Shown: piece by piece, positions 1-9,466 of the stretch | Position numbering within the stretch: the first letter of the stretch is position 1 | How the letters are laid out: each line of letters begins with the position of its first letter | Made by a program: the position numbers and the translations under genes | Source: Ignavibacteriota bacterium | GTDB taxonomy: Bacteria; Bacteroidota; Ignavibacteria; Palsa-1295 | Assembly: GCA_963787835.1 (NCBI GenBank) | Contig: CAWBEI010000002.1 | Coordinates: 1,600,001-1,664,000 of the forward strand | Length of the DNA: 64,000 bases | Direction of reading: 5' to 3' | Notes under the pieces: generated by a model | Database searches by the model: none | What the model was told of the DNA's origin: nothing | What the model saw: only the letters and a program-made list of their open reading frames with translations

Positions 1-1772
1 GGATATGCTTCTGCTTTTTTCTTCTGCACTTCGAGTTCCGGTGCGAGGATGTCTTCCGGCGCAATGAGCGTGCCGGGTACTTTCGAGCTGAAACTGAACA
101 GCCCGCCGGAACCGGCGGAAATAAGCATGTTATGCGTTACGCTTTCTTTGGAAGCGATCATCTCGCGCAAATCGCGAATGGAGGGAAGCCCGATCTCTGC
201 GCCACGCACTAATTCTTCATGTCCATCGGCAAATACTTTATAGATCAGCGCGGGAATGATCATCTTCCCATTGGCAAGCAGGTCCTGAATGCTGAATCCG
301 GCATCCGAAGGCGGCGCACCAATATCGAGCGAACGAACGACGAGCCCAAAATCATAGCCATCGTCCTTGGCGCGTGTAAGGAGTTCCTGTTTCATGGTGG
401 AGAGCTTCATCGCCTTGGAATCTTTGTACTCGACAACGCCAGGAGCAGGTACATTATCTGTTAGCCCTGGTAAGCCGCTGGTAAGGGAGCGTGCGTGCCC
501 GTTGGGATCGAGGATCTCTTTGGTGGGAGTGCGGGTCATATAGAGGGTTTTAAGGATACCTTTATCCACCATAATCAGGTTCGCGGGCGGCACGACGCCT
601 TCATCATCGACAGGGTAATATCCGAGGAAATCAATACCGTTTCGAGATTTGGTAAGCGAAATATCGTTGATAGAAACCGTCGCGGGAAGAATGCGGGTGT
701 TCAGCTTCTCTTTGAGGGAGGCTCGCTTACCAGAAGAGAAGATCGAGGAGACGTCGTTGCCAAAAATATCCTCGCGAACGGCGAACATTCTTGAGATGAC
801 ATTCTCAGAAAGAAAATCGGCCGCCGCTTCGTTCTCGAAGAGGATCGGGCCGGTATATTCTTTATCGAAGAGCGGTGCAGCCTGCAAGGCGATAATATCA
901 TTCGCAAGCTCATCTACCCGCGATTGCAATTCGCGTTGGGAAGGAAGTTTATCGGGTGTCGTAGCATCGAAGCTTCGTGAAAGCACCAATGGCTCGCCAT
1001 CGGATGTTGCTTGCGAGGATGCTTCCATCGTGATCTCGCATAGTGTTATTGGCTTTCGCGTTTTTGTGCCTTCTGTATTCTGGATCCATTCATACGAGTT
1101 TGAGATCGAGAGCGAAACGCTTGAGGTCTGGATCTCCGGATGCAAACTGAAACCTATGCTCAAATTTTTCACCATTGTTTCAAGCGCGGCACGGTCGTAG
1201 TGCAGCGTAGCCGGTGGCACCGCGACCTGAACGGCGGGTGCTTGTGAAAAATCGGGAAGGTTTTTCAGATCGTCCGAAAGCTGTTTATGTTCCAGCGCAG
1301 CTTTTTTCTTCGAGAAGGTTTCGTTCGCTTCTTTGAAGAGGTCATCCGTCGAAAGCCACAGGACGCGCCGGATCCCGGTATAATCATCGTCGAGCGGGAG
1401 CGTATTATCCGGTGCACTGCTGAAGCTGAATAATCCGGTATTGTCCGAGAAATTTTCGTCGTTAAACTGATAATTGTTCAGAAGCAGGCGAACCGTTTCC
1501 TTGCGCTCGTGATGGTCGTTGGAGCGGGTAAGGGAACCATTAGATGCGGAAATATCCAGCTTCTGCTGATCGCTGACGGTATAGGCAATAAAGAAAGGAT
1601 CGATAAGACCGGCGAGATGTAATTCCGATTTGGCACGAACGAGTTCGTCGGTCATTGCTTTTTGAACGACGGAAATGGTTTGCTCAGAAACCTGTGCCTG
1701 TGCCGATCCGACCATGGCAATAACTGCAATACCGGCTACGATCCACTTTCGCATAGCTATAAACGTTCTCAT
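1..1772 (-). CDS. TldE/PmbA-like protein with signal peptide (3' end runs off window)
   Basis: Not in the ORF track (no stop in window). Hand-read from ATG 1772: MRTFIAMRKWIVAGIAVIAMVGSAQAQ...YTGPILFE...GYYPVDDEGV...PNGHAR...ELVRG...ELEVQKK, paralogous to the neighbouring TldD; no HExxxH motif. Confidence 0.85.
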   Translation of the reverse strand, partial: MRTFIAMRKWIVAGIAVIAMVGSAQAQVSEQTISVVQKAMTDELVRAKSELHLAGLIDPFFIAYTVSDQQKLDISASNGSLTRSNDHHERKETVRLLLNNYQFNDENFSDNTGLFSFSSAPDNTLPLDDDYTGIRRVLWLSTDDLFKEANETFSKKKAALEHKQLSDDLKNLPDFSQAPAVQVAVPPATLHYDRAALETMVKNLSIGFSLHPEIQTSSVSLSISNSYEWIQNTEGTKTRKPITLCEITMEASSQATSDGEPLVLSRSFDATTPDKLPSQRELQSRVDELANDIIALQAAPLFDKEYTGPILFENEAAADFLSENVISRMFAVREDIFGNDVSSIFSSGKRASLKEKLNTRILPATVSINDISLTKSRNGIDFLGYYPVDDEGVVPPANLIMVDKGILKTLYMTRTPTKEILDPNGHARSLTSGLPGLTDNVPAPGVVEYKDSKAMKLSTMKQELLTRAKDDGYDFGLVVRSLDIGAPPSDAGFSIQDLLANGKMIIPALIYKVFADGHEELVRGAEIGLPSIRDLREMIASKESVTHNMLISAGSGGLFSFSSKVPGTLIAPEDILAPELEVQKKKAEAY

Positions 1773-1773
1773 C

Positions 1774-3498
1774 TTAATTGCCCTCCTTCATTGCATCTGG
1801 CGCCGGGAGGATCGGCAGGCGCTCCTGTGACTTTTGCTTTTTCTGTACCTCAATTTCCCGCACCAGCAAACTGGGGCTCGATGCCGAGACCGGAACCCAT
1901 CCGGATTCCGCTCCGCAAATTCCATTAAAGGTTTCGCTATCATTCCCTGCTGCTACAATGCGCTCGAACGTTGAAAGCGGCGTGCCGATCAGATCGACTC
2001 CGCGCACAAGTTCATCAGGCCGCCCATCGGCATACACGCGATACACAAGCGTCGGAAGTACATTGAAGGCATTTGGGATCGTTCGGCCAGTGAGCGTGAA
2101 GCCACCCTCTACTTCATCGAACATAAGTCCGAAGGGCTTGTTCTGTTTTTTACATTCTGCAATAAGTAATTTGCGTAGCGAGTCCACGGGAACCGTCTGC
2201 CGCGCAACCACGACAAGATTTGATTGCCGGGCCACGGGCAGTTTGCCTGGCTCGGCGCGCCCATGCCCATTCGAATGCGCAAAACCCTCGATCGGCGAGC
2301 GGGACATCAGGAAATTTCTCAGCACGCCGCTATCGACAGCGTTAACGCGCTGGCCTTTCACGCCTTCATCGTCATACTTATAATACCCGAGCAGATCGGT
2401 GTTGCCATATTTCTTCTGATTGGGATCGAAATAGACATCGATAAAGCTTGGTAGTATCTGCTGGCCGATCTTTTTCTTGAAGGTTTGTCCTTCATCCTCG
2501 TTCTTTTCACGATGGCCTTCATCGCGATGGCCGAATATCTCATGAAAGAACACTCCGGATGCACCGCCCGAAAGGATCGCTGGACCGGCATAAGGATCGA
2601 CGATCGGCGCATCGCGCAGCTTTTCCAGCGTAGCGATCATAGTGCGCACATCCTGAATGATCGAATCGTCCGGTGGGAGATCGTCCGGAGTGTAGGCAAA
2701 ATAACTTTTATAGAGCGGCAATTCCATACCGTCGTCTGCTTTTGCGGTTGCCAGAACCATGAGGCGCACGTACAGCTGGTTCGAGGCGATCTCCCCGCCT
2801 TCGGTCGATACAAAATATTTTCGAACGATATTTGCGTCGAGCATAGCCTTGGCTTCGAAAATATCCTTCTTGCCTGCAAAGAGCGCTGAAATTTTGTTAA
2901 GACGAGCTTCCCATCCTTTGCGGTCTCGAAAGTATCCAGCCATTGCAATATCCGGCTCGTAATAATGATTTGCCGCATCGGCTTGGCTGAAATCTCCGGA
3001 AGTATCTTCCTCGGTAACTTTAACGGTCTTGTTCGTTCGAACTTGCTGAAGGCGTTCCGTAGCAGAATTATAACTTTCATTTGTAGCCCGCCAGAGCGCA
3101 AGTTTGAGCGATTGTGCATTGTCCTCGAACGGAATTGCGCGAGCGCCGCTGCGGGCGAACATGTCATTCGATGCTCGTATCTGATGCGTGTTGTCGAGCG
3201 AGTAATCGCCGACTCGAAGATCGACCAGTAAGGTACGGCGGTGAGTAGAATCGGACTTCGTGATCGCACCATAACTGGAGACGATACTGACATTTTGCTC
3301 GTCACCGATATTATAGCTCATATAATATGGTGGAGTCGGCTGCTTGGAAAGAGCGAATTGCTCGCGAGCAAGCTCCGACTTCATCGTCTGAATGACGACA
3401 TCGTTAGCGGCAGTCTCCTGGGCCCAAGCGGTCCCCGAGATACATAGAATAATTATAGAAAGAGCGAATACTCGCTTATTTAACGAAAATGAGTACAT
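1774..3498 (-). CDS. tldD: TldD-family metalloprotease with signal peptide
   Basis: HEIFGHRDEGH (HExxxH), YDDEGV, SNGHGR, C-terminal GICG cysteine; start moved to ATG 3498 (MYSFSLNKRVFALSIIILCISGTAWAQ). Confidence 0.9.
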   Translation of the reverse strand: MYSFSLNKRVFALSIIILCISGTAWAQETAANDVVIQTMKSELAREQFALSKQPTPPYYMSYNIGDEQNVSIVSSYGAITKSDSTHRRTLLVDLRVGDYSLDNTHQIRASNDMFARSGARAIPFEDNAQSLKLALWRATNESYNSATERLQQVRTNKTVKVTEEDTSGDFSQADAANHYYEPDIAMAGYFRDRKGWEARLNKISALFAGKKDIFEAKAMLDANIVRKYFVSTEGGEIASNQLYVRLMVLATAKADDGMELPLYKSYFAYTPDDLPPDDSIIQDVRTMIATLEKLRDAPIVDPYAGPAILSGGASGVFFHEIFGHRDEGHREKNEDEGQTFKKKIGQQILPSFIDVYFDPNQKKYGNTDLLGYYKYDDEGVKGQRVNAVDSGVLRNFLMSRSPIEGFAHSNGHGRAEPGKLPVARQSNLVVVARQTVPVDSLRKLLIAECKKQNKPFGLMFDEVEGGFTLTGRTIPNAFNVLPTLVYRVYADGRPDELVRGVDLIGTPLSTFERIVAAGNDSETFNGICGAESGWVPVSASSPSLLVREIEVQKKQKSQERLPILPAPDAMKEGN

Positions 3499-3602
3499 TT
3501 CTGAAATTAACGTGCAAAACCAGCGTCTGATCGACCGGAGGAATCTTTTGAATCGCAAAAGAGCGAGAAGAGTTCGGAAAAGCTTTGTAGCAGGAAGTGC
3601 TA

Positions 3603-4622
3603 CTATGTTGCTAACTCCGACATTGCAAGCAAAAATGCTCCCGTACCCCACCACCATTCGCCAGTGGAGAGGGATTTGTAATATTCGATCGTTCCAGGCC
3701 AGGTGCCTTCGGAAACTCCCAAAACACGACCAGCATCATCCACAGAATTTGCAATACCTCTCGTTGTTTTTTTAATAACTCCGGTATGATCCATCAGTCC
3801 CATTTTTTGAGCTTTCACGTAAGCAAAAAGGAACATGGCAGAAGCAGATACTTCCTCATAGCTGGTCTTGTCATCGAGGATGGTTCGCCAGAGGCCGTTC
3901 TTCGTTTGGAGCTTCGCGATCTCGGAACCAAGCTGCTGAAAAATGATAAGCAGGTTTTTATACCTTGCAGATTTTTTATCCAGCAAGGGAAGGATTTCAG
4001 CCAGTGTCATCATCACCCAGCCGTTTCCACGCGCCCAGCTTCCTTCGGAGCGTTTACCGCCAAGATTCTCCTCGCAATGGATGAAGAATGGTTTATCGCC
4101 ATCTTGTAACCTATCGAGATGAAGGACGATCTGTTTCACCGCTTCATCTTCCCAATCAACCCCGAGGAACGGTCCGATCTTTGCAAGAAGAGCAGAGGAA
4201 TAATAAACGGTATCGATGTAAATATGAGGGAGGTCGATATTGTGCAGCAAAAATCCCTCGCCATTGCGGAGGGCTTTGTCTCGCATGAATTCGTAAATGC
4301 GGTGCGCCGTGTCTTCAAGCTGCATTCTGAATTCTGGGAACTCACGAACGACGTCAGGAAACAGGAGCGCGAAGCTCCACGATCCGCAGAAATAATTCAC
4401 CCAAAGCCGTTCCGCAAGATGAAATGCAAGCCAGCGCCGAAGATAAGCTCGCACCTTGGGATTATCATCAATAGAAAGTCCTCGCAGCAAGCCATACATC
4501 GCCAGCGATTGTCCCCAATCGGTCGATTGTGATTCGGGGCGATAGCGTGCTATGAAGGATTCGCTCACCGTGCGAATGAACTTGCGAGCCTCTTGTGATT
4601 GGTCTTTATTTGGTTTTGCCAT
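3603..4622 (-). CDS. GH105/GH88 unsaturated glycuronyl hydrolase (YteR-like)
   Basis: WARGNGW, YIDT, GLWRTILDD...EVSASAMF motifs; no signal peptide; kdu context. Confidence 0.85.
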   Translation of the reverse strand: MAKPNKDQSQEARKFIRTVSESFIARYRPESQSTDWGQSLAMYGLLRGLSIDDNPKVRAYLRRWLAFHLAERLWVNYFCGSWSFALLFPDVVREFPEFRMQLEDTAHRIYEFMRDKALRNGEGFLLHNIDLPHIYIDTVYYSSALLAKIGPFLGVDWEDEAVKQIVLHLDRLQDGDKPFFIHCEENLGGKRSEGSWARGNGWVMMTLAEILPLLDKKSARYKNLLIIFQQLGSEIAKLQTKNGLWRTILDDKTSYEEVSASAMFLFAYVKAQKMGLMDHTGVIKKTTRGIANSVDDAGRVLGVSEGTWPGTIEYYKSLSTGEWWWGTGAFLLAMSELAT

Positions 4623-5259
4623 TCTTAAATTGTTGAACAGACGCCACGATTCTTTTCACGCGTTTTGTGATGAGATCCAAGTCTCCGATTTCCAGATCGC
4701 GATCACTTATGAGGGGAGTTCCAATTCCAACGGCAGATGCTCCGGCTTCGAACCACTCTGGAACATTCTCAATAGTCACCCCATTGGTGGGAACGAAACG
4801 AATATGCGGCAAAGGTCCACGCATGGCGCGAATATATTGTGGCCCAAGTCCGGCAAGTGGAAATAGCTTCACAAAATCCGATCCGGCTTGTGAAGCTTGC
4901 CATGCTTCGGTCGGTGTGAGTGCGCCCGCCATAGAAACTACTCCAACTTCGGTCGCCACAGCGAGCATATCAAGATCGGTTACCGGGCTGACGAGAAATT
5001 TTGCGCCGCTCTCTATCGCTTTCGTTGCAGATTCAACACCGATCACAGTTCCCGCACCGATGAGGTAATCTGGGAATGCTTTGCTTACGCGATAGATACA
5101 CTCCTCGGCATTCTTCGAATTCATCGTGATTTCGACGATTGAAATGCCGCCTTTTACGATGGCCTCAACCACTCGTTCAATCTCTTCCGTGCGCTGCAAA
5201 CGGAGCACGGCGAACACTTTCTCTTTCAGGATCCGCTGGATGACCGTTTCTTTAGTCAT
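4606..5259 (-). CDS. eda: KDPG/KHG aldolase
   Basis: AVLR, EITM, GAGTV, FLVSP, TPTEA, VKLFP motifs. Confidence 0.93.
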   Translation of the reverse strand: MTKETVIQRILKEKVFAVLRLQRTEEIERVVEAIVKGGISIVEITMNSKNAEECIYRVSKAFPDYLIGAGTVIGVESATKAIESGAKFLVSPVTDLDMLAVATEVGVVSMAGALTPTEAWQASQAGSDFVKLFPLAGLGPQYIRAMRGPLPHIRFVPTNGVTIENVPEWFEAGASAVGIGTPLISDRDLEIGDLDLITKRVKRIVASVQQFKNGKTK

Positions 5260-5705
5260 CGTGCTTTGGCGGATGATGATTTCGAGCGATTCACCGCGCT
5301 TGGACGAATTGACCTCGACAATGGCTTCGCTTTGCTCGTGTTAGCTAATCGTTTTGGTTTTGTTATTCGAATCGGCTTCAGTGGCTCAATCGACATACGT
5401 AGCCCAAGCGAGTGTAGAATCTTGGTGATGCTATCGAACCGAGGGTTCCCGTCCGGCGATAGTGCGGTGTAGAGGTTCTCACGGCTGAGTCCCGATCTTT
5501 GCGCGAGCTTTGTAAAACCACCTTGCGCTTTGGCAACCTTGTTGAGGGCGATGAGGATGTATTCCATTTCGCCGTCTTCAATCACCGAATTTAGATAGGC
5601 CCCAGCCTCAACCGGATCCCTCAGGAATTCAAGCTGAAGTGGTGCCCAGGGGAGGCTGCGTGGATGTGCCTCGTTGTTTCCAGTCTTTCCAATATGCTTT
5701 TGCAT
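5256..5705 (-). CDS. Addiction-module antidote (HigA/HI1420-like HTH antitoxin)
   Basis: AYLN...ALNKVAKAQGGFTKLAQRSGLSRENLYTALSPDGNPRFDSI; start uncertain (ATG 5705 chosen). Confidence 0.85.
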   Translation of the reverse strand: MQKHIGKTGNNEAHPRSLPWAPLQLEFLRDPVEAGAYLNSVIEDGEMEYILIALNKVAKAQGGFTKLAQRSGLSRENLYTALSPDGNPRFDSITKILHSLGLRMSIEPLKPIRITKPKRLANTSKAKPLSRSIRPSAVNRSKSSSAKAR

Positions 5706-5994
5706 TTCGAATATCCTTTCGTTGTGTTGTCTTATCTCCACCAACGAGTAGAATAACTACTCGCTGACCTTCTTGACCGTAATAAACGCGTAGCCCGCTT
5801 CCGACATGAATACGTAGCTCCGAAACACCTTCGCCTACAGGTTCCGAGTCGCCGAAGTTGCCGTTCTCAACTCGATCGAGTCGCTTCGAAATGATGAGAC
5901 GGTTCTCCGTGGTCAGCGTTCGATACCATTCCTCGAATGGCACGTGGCCATCTCGATTACAGTAATACTCAAGTTCTCTCGGAGACGATTCCAC
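5629..5994 (-). CDS. RelE/ParE-superfamily addiction-module toxin (HigB/HI1419-like)
   Basis: GNFGDSEPVGEGVSELRIHVGSGLRVYY...ILLVGGDKTTQRKDI; toxin-first order. Confidence 0.9.
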   Translation of the reverse strand: MESSPRELEYYCNRDGHVPFEEWYRTLTTENRLIISKRLDRVENGNFGDSEPVGEGVSELRIHVGSGLRVYYGQEGQRVVILLVGGDKTTQRKDIRNAKAYWKDWKQRGTSTQPPLGTTSA

Positions 5995-6059
5995 TGTCGT
6001 TGAATGTGTAAGTTATGTATTACAACAGCCTTCCGAGAGCGATGGTTGCAATGGCTTCG

Positions 6060-6848
6060 TTATCGAAGCCCCGTTGGAATGGCCTCGTATCCCGGCTGAA
6101 CGTTCACATCTGCAAGGGTGCGCCATGCGCCATCTTCCAGCGAGCAGAGGATCCAGACGAAATTAACAGGATAACCCGGTGCGGCAACATTCGGGTGGTA
6201 ACCCTTGACAATCGTTACCGCGTCGTTCTCATACACGGGGCGGACAAACTCCGGCTGATCAAGATTGGTGTAGATATATTGCGTGGCAAACGCGGGCGAT
6301 GGCATGTCGAAGAAAAGATAAAGTTCTTCACGTGTTGCGGCGTGTTCGTGCGGCGGCCAGCTTGTCCAGTTGCCGGGTTTTGACATCGTAAACCCGAGGA
6401 GCATGCGCGAACCCTCGATATTCTCGCACAATACTTTATTCAAATCGCGGTAATATGGTTCTTTCCCAACTTTAAGTGCAAGCGATTCTGTCGGTTTCAC
6501 GTCGTGCTCGTAGCTAACGAGCCGTGTTGGATGAGATATTTCCGTTTGCGCCGAAGCTTCGATGAGATCAAACGATTCATTGGTCGATACTTCAAATGTT
6601 TCCCCACGCGAAATATACATTCCATCGAATTTCTGAAGATCGAATGTTTTCTCCCCAACTTTCACGTGCCCTGCGCCATGCAAGCAAAGGAGGGTTGTCT
6701 CTCGGCCAGCATTTTGCGCGCTGACACTGGAAATTTCCTTATCAAGAATAATACGTCCGGCATGAAGCACTTTGAATGCCGATGTTTCGGGAGTGATCGT
6801 GATATTACGACCTTTTTTTGCTGCTGTGTTGCGAAATAGCCAATCCAT
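6060..6848 (-). CDS. IolB/KduI-family 5-deoxy-glucuronate-type isomerase
   Basis: GNWTSWPPHEH...EELYLF and KGYHP cupin metal motifs of IolB type. Confidence 0.85.
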   Translation of the reverse strand: MDWLFRNTAAKKGRNITITPETSAFKVLHAGRIILDKEISSVSAQNAGRETTLLCLHGAGHVKVGEKTFDLQKFDGMYISRGETFEVSTNESFDLIEASAQTEISHPTRLVSYEHDVKPTESLALKVGKEPYYRDLNKVLCENIEGSRMLLGFTMSKPGNWTSWPPHEHAATREELYLFFDMPSPAFATQYIYTNLDQPEFVRPVYENDAVTIVKGYHPNVAAPGYPVNFVWILCSLEDGAWRTLADVNVQPGYEAIPTGLR

Positions 6849-6880
6849 AATTCTTAATTGTTAATTTTCACTTCTTAATT
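6849..6880. repeat. Short AT-rich heptamer tandem (TTCTTAA/TTGTTAA) spacer
   Basis: ttcttaa-ttgttaa-ttttcac-ttcttaa between the kduD and IolB-like genes. Confidence 0.4.
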
Positions 6881-7661
6881 AATACGCCAGCCATCCGCCG
6901 TCGACAGCAAGGATGTGCCCGTTAACATAATCCGATGCCGCAGAAGCAAGATAGATAACCGCTCCCGCAAGATCCTCCGGTTCGCCCCAGCGTCCGGCAG
7001 GGATGCGAGAGAAGATCTGTGCGCTACGCTCGGAATTCGCACGGAGTGCTGCGGTATTGTCGGTTACCATATATCCGGGCGCGATGGCGTTCACATTAAC
7101 ACCATATTTTGCCCACTCATTCGAAAGCGCTTTTGTCAGTTGGGCCACGCCGCCTTTTGCGGCTGCATAAGCAACGACATTCAACCCTCCCTGAAACGCA
7201 AGCAGCGATGCGATATTGATAATCTTCCCGCTCCCTTGTTCGATCATCGCTTTCCCGGCCACTTGCGACCATTGGAACACGGCGTTCAGATCGGTATCGA
7301 TCACTTCGTTCCAATCGTGAGCGGTGTAATCAGATGCAGGGGAGCGGCGGATAATGCCAGCATTATTGACGAGAATATCAATGCTGCCATAACGCTGGAT
7401 GGTCGCGGAGATCACCTCCAGCGCCTTGGTCGGATCTTTTACATCGGCAATAATCCAATGGGACTGATCGGTCCCATGTGTCCCATCGGAATTAATAGCC
7501 TTTTGTACTTCCGCCAGTGCCGCTTCATCTCTTCCAACAAGCACTACGTTGGCCCCGGCGCCAGCCAGCGCAATTGCCACCGCGCGACCCAGCCCACGCG
7601 AGGCGCCGGTTACTATTGCTGTCTTGTCTTGCAGTGAAAATAGAGATTCGAGGAATGACAT
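6879..7661 (-). CDS. kduD: 2-dehydro-3-deoxy-D-gluconate 5-dehydrogenase (SDR)
   Basis: TGASRGLG, NNAGIIRR, IASLLAFQGG, YAAAKGG, RIPAGRWG, VDGGWL. Confidence 0.9.
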   Translation of the reverse strand: MSFLESLFSLQDKTAIVTGASRGLGRAVAIALAGAGANVVLVGRDEAALAEVQKAINSDGTHGTDQSHWIIADVKDPTKALEVISATIQRYGSIDILVNNAGIIRRSPASDYTAHDWNEVIDTDLNAVFQWSQVAGKAMIEQGSGKIINIASLLAFQGGLNVVAYAAAKGGVAQLTKALSNEWAKYGVNVNAIAPGYMVTDNTAALRANSERSAQIFSRIPAGRWGEPEDLAGAVIYLASAASDYVNGHILAVDGGWLAY

Positions 7662-7715
7662 GGGACAAAAATACGACAGCCAAAGGGACGATCTTCAACA
7701 TCCAAGAAGACAAGC

Positions 7716-8264
7716 TTAAAACATATAGCCGAGGCCAGCTTTAAAGCCCCTCCGAATGGTGAATGCAAGATCGAGATAGATGTGCCCATCGTCGAAACTG
7801 GAGAAGCGAAGGTCAGGCCCAATATTCAGAAAGCTTTTTGTAAATTGAACCCATCCGGAAACACTGTCGTAACGTTCCCAGGGCTGGTAGCTATTCAGAA
7901 CCACAATACCGAGGAATGTCGAGCTATGGTTCGTCGAATCATGTGGGAAGACGTACCCTACATGAATACCCCAATATTGTTCGATGGAGTTGGATACCGG
8001 TCCGGGTGGTGCTATATATCCGGGGAGATAGAGCACAGTGTTGACCCTTTGGATAGGGTACAAGATTCCATACTCAAGCCCTGCATAGAAGAATGGGGGG
8101 AAGCGCACCCCGGTTTCGACGCCCCAACCTGGGCCGCCATCTCCACCAAAATCTCCGCTCGCTCCGAGATACGGAGCAACGTTTCGTTCCTGCGCAAAGC
8201 TTAAGCTGCCGTGGGTTACAAGGCAAATTGCAACAATGCAACAAGAGAGCAGGGGCCTGAACAT
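7716..8264 (-). CDS. Hypothetical outer-membrane beta-barrel protein
   Basis: Signal peptide (SFA-QE), alternating beta strands, C-terminal GLGYMF. Confidence 0.6.
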   Translation of the reverse strand: MFRPLLSCCIVAICLVTHGSLSFAQERNVAPYLGASGDFGGDGGPGWGVETGVRFPPFFYAGLEYGILYPIQRVNTVLYLPGYIAPPGPVSNSIEQYWGIHVGYVFPHDSTNHSSTFLGIVVLNSYQPWERYDSVSGWVQFTKSFLNIGPDLRFSSFDDGHIYLDLAFTIRRGFKAGLGYMF

Positions 8265-8309
8265 GGGAAAGAGAACAAGGTCAGCAGAATATAGATTTAG
8301 AGGCTGTGC

Positions 8310-8693
8310 TCAGACTTCTCTTACTCGCTCGCGAAGCCAATGAGTAAGTTCATCCAGATTCCACTCTCCCGCAGCAACAGCAAGAATGGTTTTTTCCTGA
8401 TCGTTAATTTCCTTTATCATTTCAAACTGGTTTGCACGGAGAACCCACTCCATCATTGCATGGCCGATGCGCTTATTTCCATCGACAAAAGGATGATTTC
8501 GAATCAGGAAATAGCCAATCGCCGCTGCTTTGCTGATCACATCTGGGTATAGATCCTGACCTCCAAAAGATTGCAATGGCTGACCGAGTGCAGAAAGAAG
8601 TAAGTGCATGTCACGGACACCATGCAGGCCTCCGGCATCATCTACGATTTTTCTCTGCTCCCGTAAGACAAAATCGATCTCGGGGTAGCGCAT
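8310..8693 (-). CDS. doc: Doc (death-on-curing) Fic-family toxin
   Basis: HPFVDGNKR motif; GLHGVRD...LLSAL...P..SFGGQDLYP. Confidence 0.92.
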   Translation of the reverse strand: MRYPEIDFVLREQRKIVDDAGGLHGVRDMHLLLSALGQPLQSFGGQDLYPDVISKAAAIGYFLIRNHPFVDGNKRIGHAMMEWVLRANQFEMIKEINDQEKTILAVAAGEWNLDELTHWLRERVREV

Positions 8694-8891
8694 TAACTCA
8701 ATCGTTTATAAAGCTCTCGATTTTCTTCTCGAATCTTCGCGCCAATTTCGTCATCCGTTTGAAGATGAAGCGGCAGTTTTGATTTTATGGTCGCTTTAAT
8801 ATAATCCTCATCGGAAACTCCGGCGCGTTCGGGCAGCGACGTGAATTTCACGGATTTCTTCATTCGAGAATTCTATTGTTACCCGATCCAT
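8693..8891 (-). pseudogene. Antitoxin partner of Doc, +1 frameshift at 8831-8833
   Basis: Removing one base of the GGG run gives a 65-aa ORF MDRVTIEFSNEE...AAERAGVSDEDYIK...IREENRELYKRLS with a TAATG overlap into doc. Confidence 0.8.
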
Positions 8892-8959
8892 ATTAAAAAT
8901 AACTTTGGGGCATTGAGTCCGGTTCAGTTTTGAAATGAAGGACTCTTTAGGAGACAGCC

Positions 8960-9157
8960 TTACGCCGCGACCTTCTTCGTCAAACCCTCGATCGGCCACA
9001 TGGCTGCAGCCTGTTCGGCGCTTGCTTTTTGTACGGCGCTTCCATCGCGCATGACGATCTCGAAGGCGGTCTGGCGTTCGATATGGTCGAAAAATACGGG
9101 CTGGGCAAGACGGTTAAGAGCTTCGCGGGTGTCGATGGTCGGCTTTGTTACTTTCAT
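8960..9157 (-). CDS. Small hypothetical protein (65 aa)
   Basis: MKVTKPTIDTREALNRLAQP...KKVAA; plausible composition, AT-rich upstream region. Confidence 0.55.
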   Translation of the reverse strand: MKVTKPTIDTREALNRLAQPVFFDHIERQTAFEIVMRDGSAVQKASAEQAAAMWPIEGLTKKVAA

Positions 9158-9466
9158 TATAAGGTCGATTCTATAAGTAGTTGAACGAATCAAAGAGAAC
9201 TGCATTCACGATTCGGAATTACCCCTAAAAGGCTGCCGTTCGTTTAGATAAACAGTGTTACTTTGTGTCTAATATACAGCACATCCCACGAATGGCGACT
9301 CTGGTTCCCACTCATTTTAACAACGGTTCTATTATTGGAGATATGGCGGGGGTTGGGAGTATGCCGCCACGGAACTTCGATGCCCAAGAAACGGTTTGCG
9401 GCGTTTAGTTTGATTTCCGCCTTTCGTCATATTGCCACTGGCCGCCCGGCGCGAGAATTGCGTAAA

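Noticed and set aside
49-1200. Plus-strand ORFs listed in the track
   Set aside because: They lie antisense to the unlisted TldE-like CDS (1-1772, minus strand).
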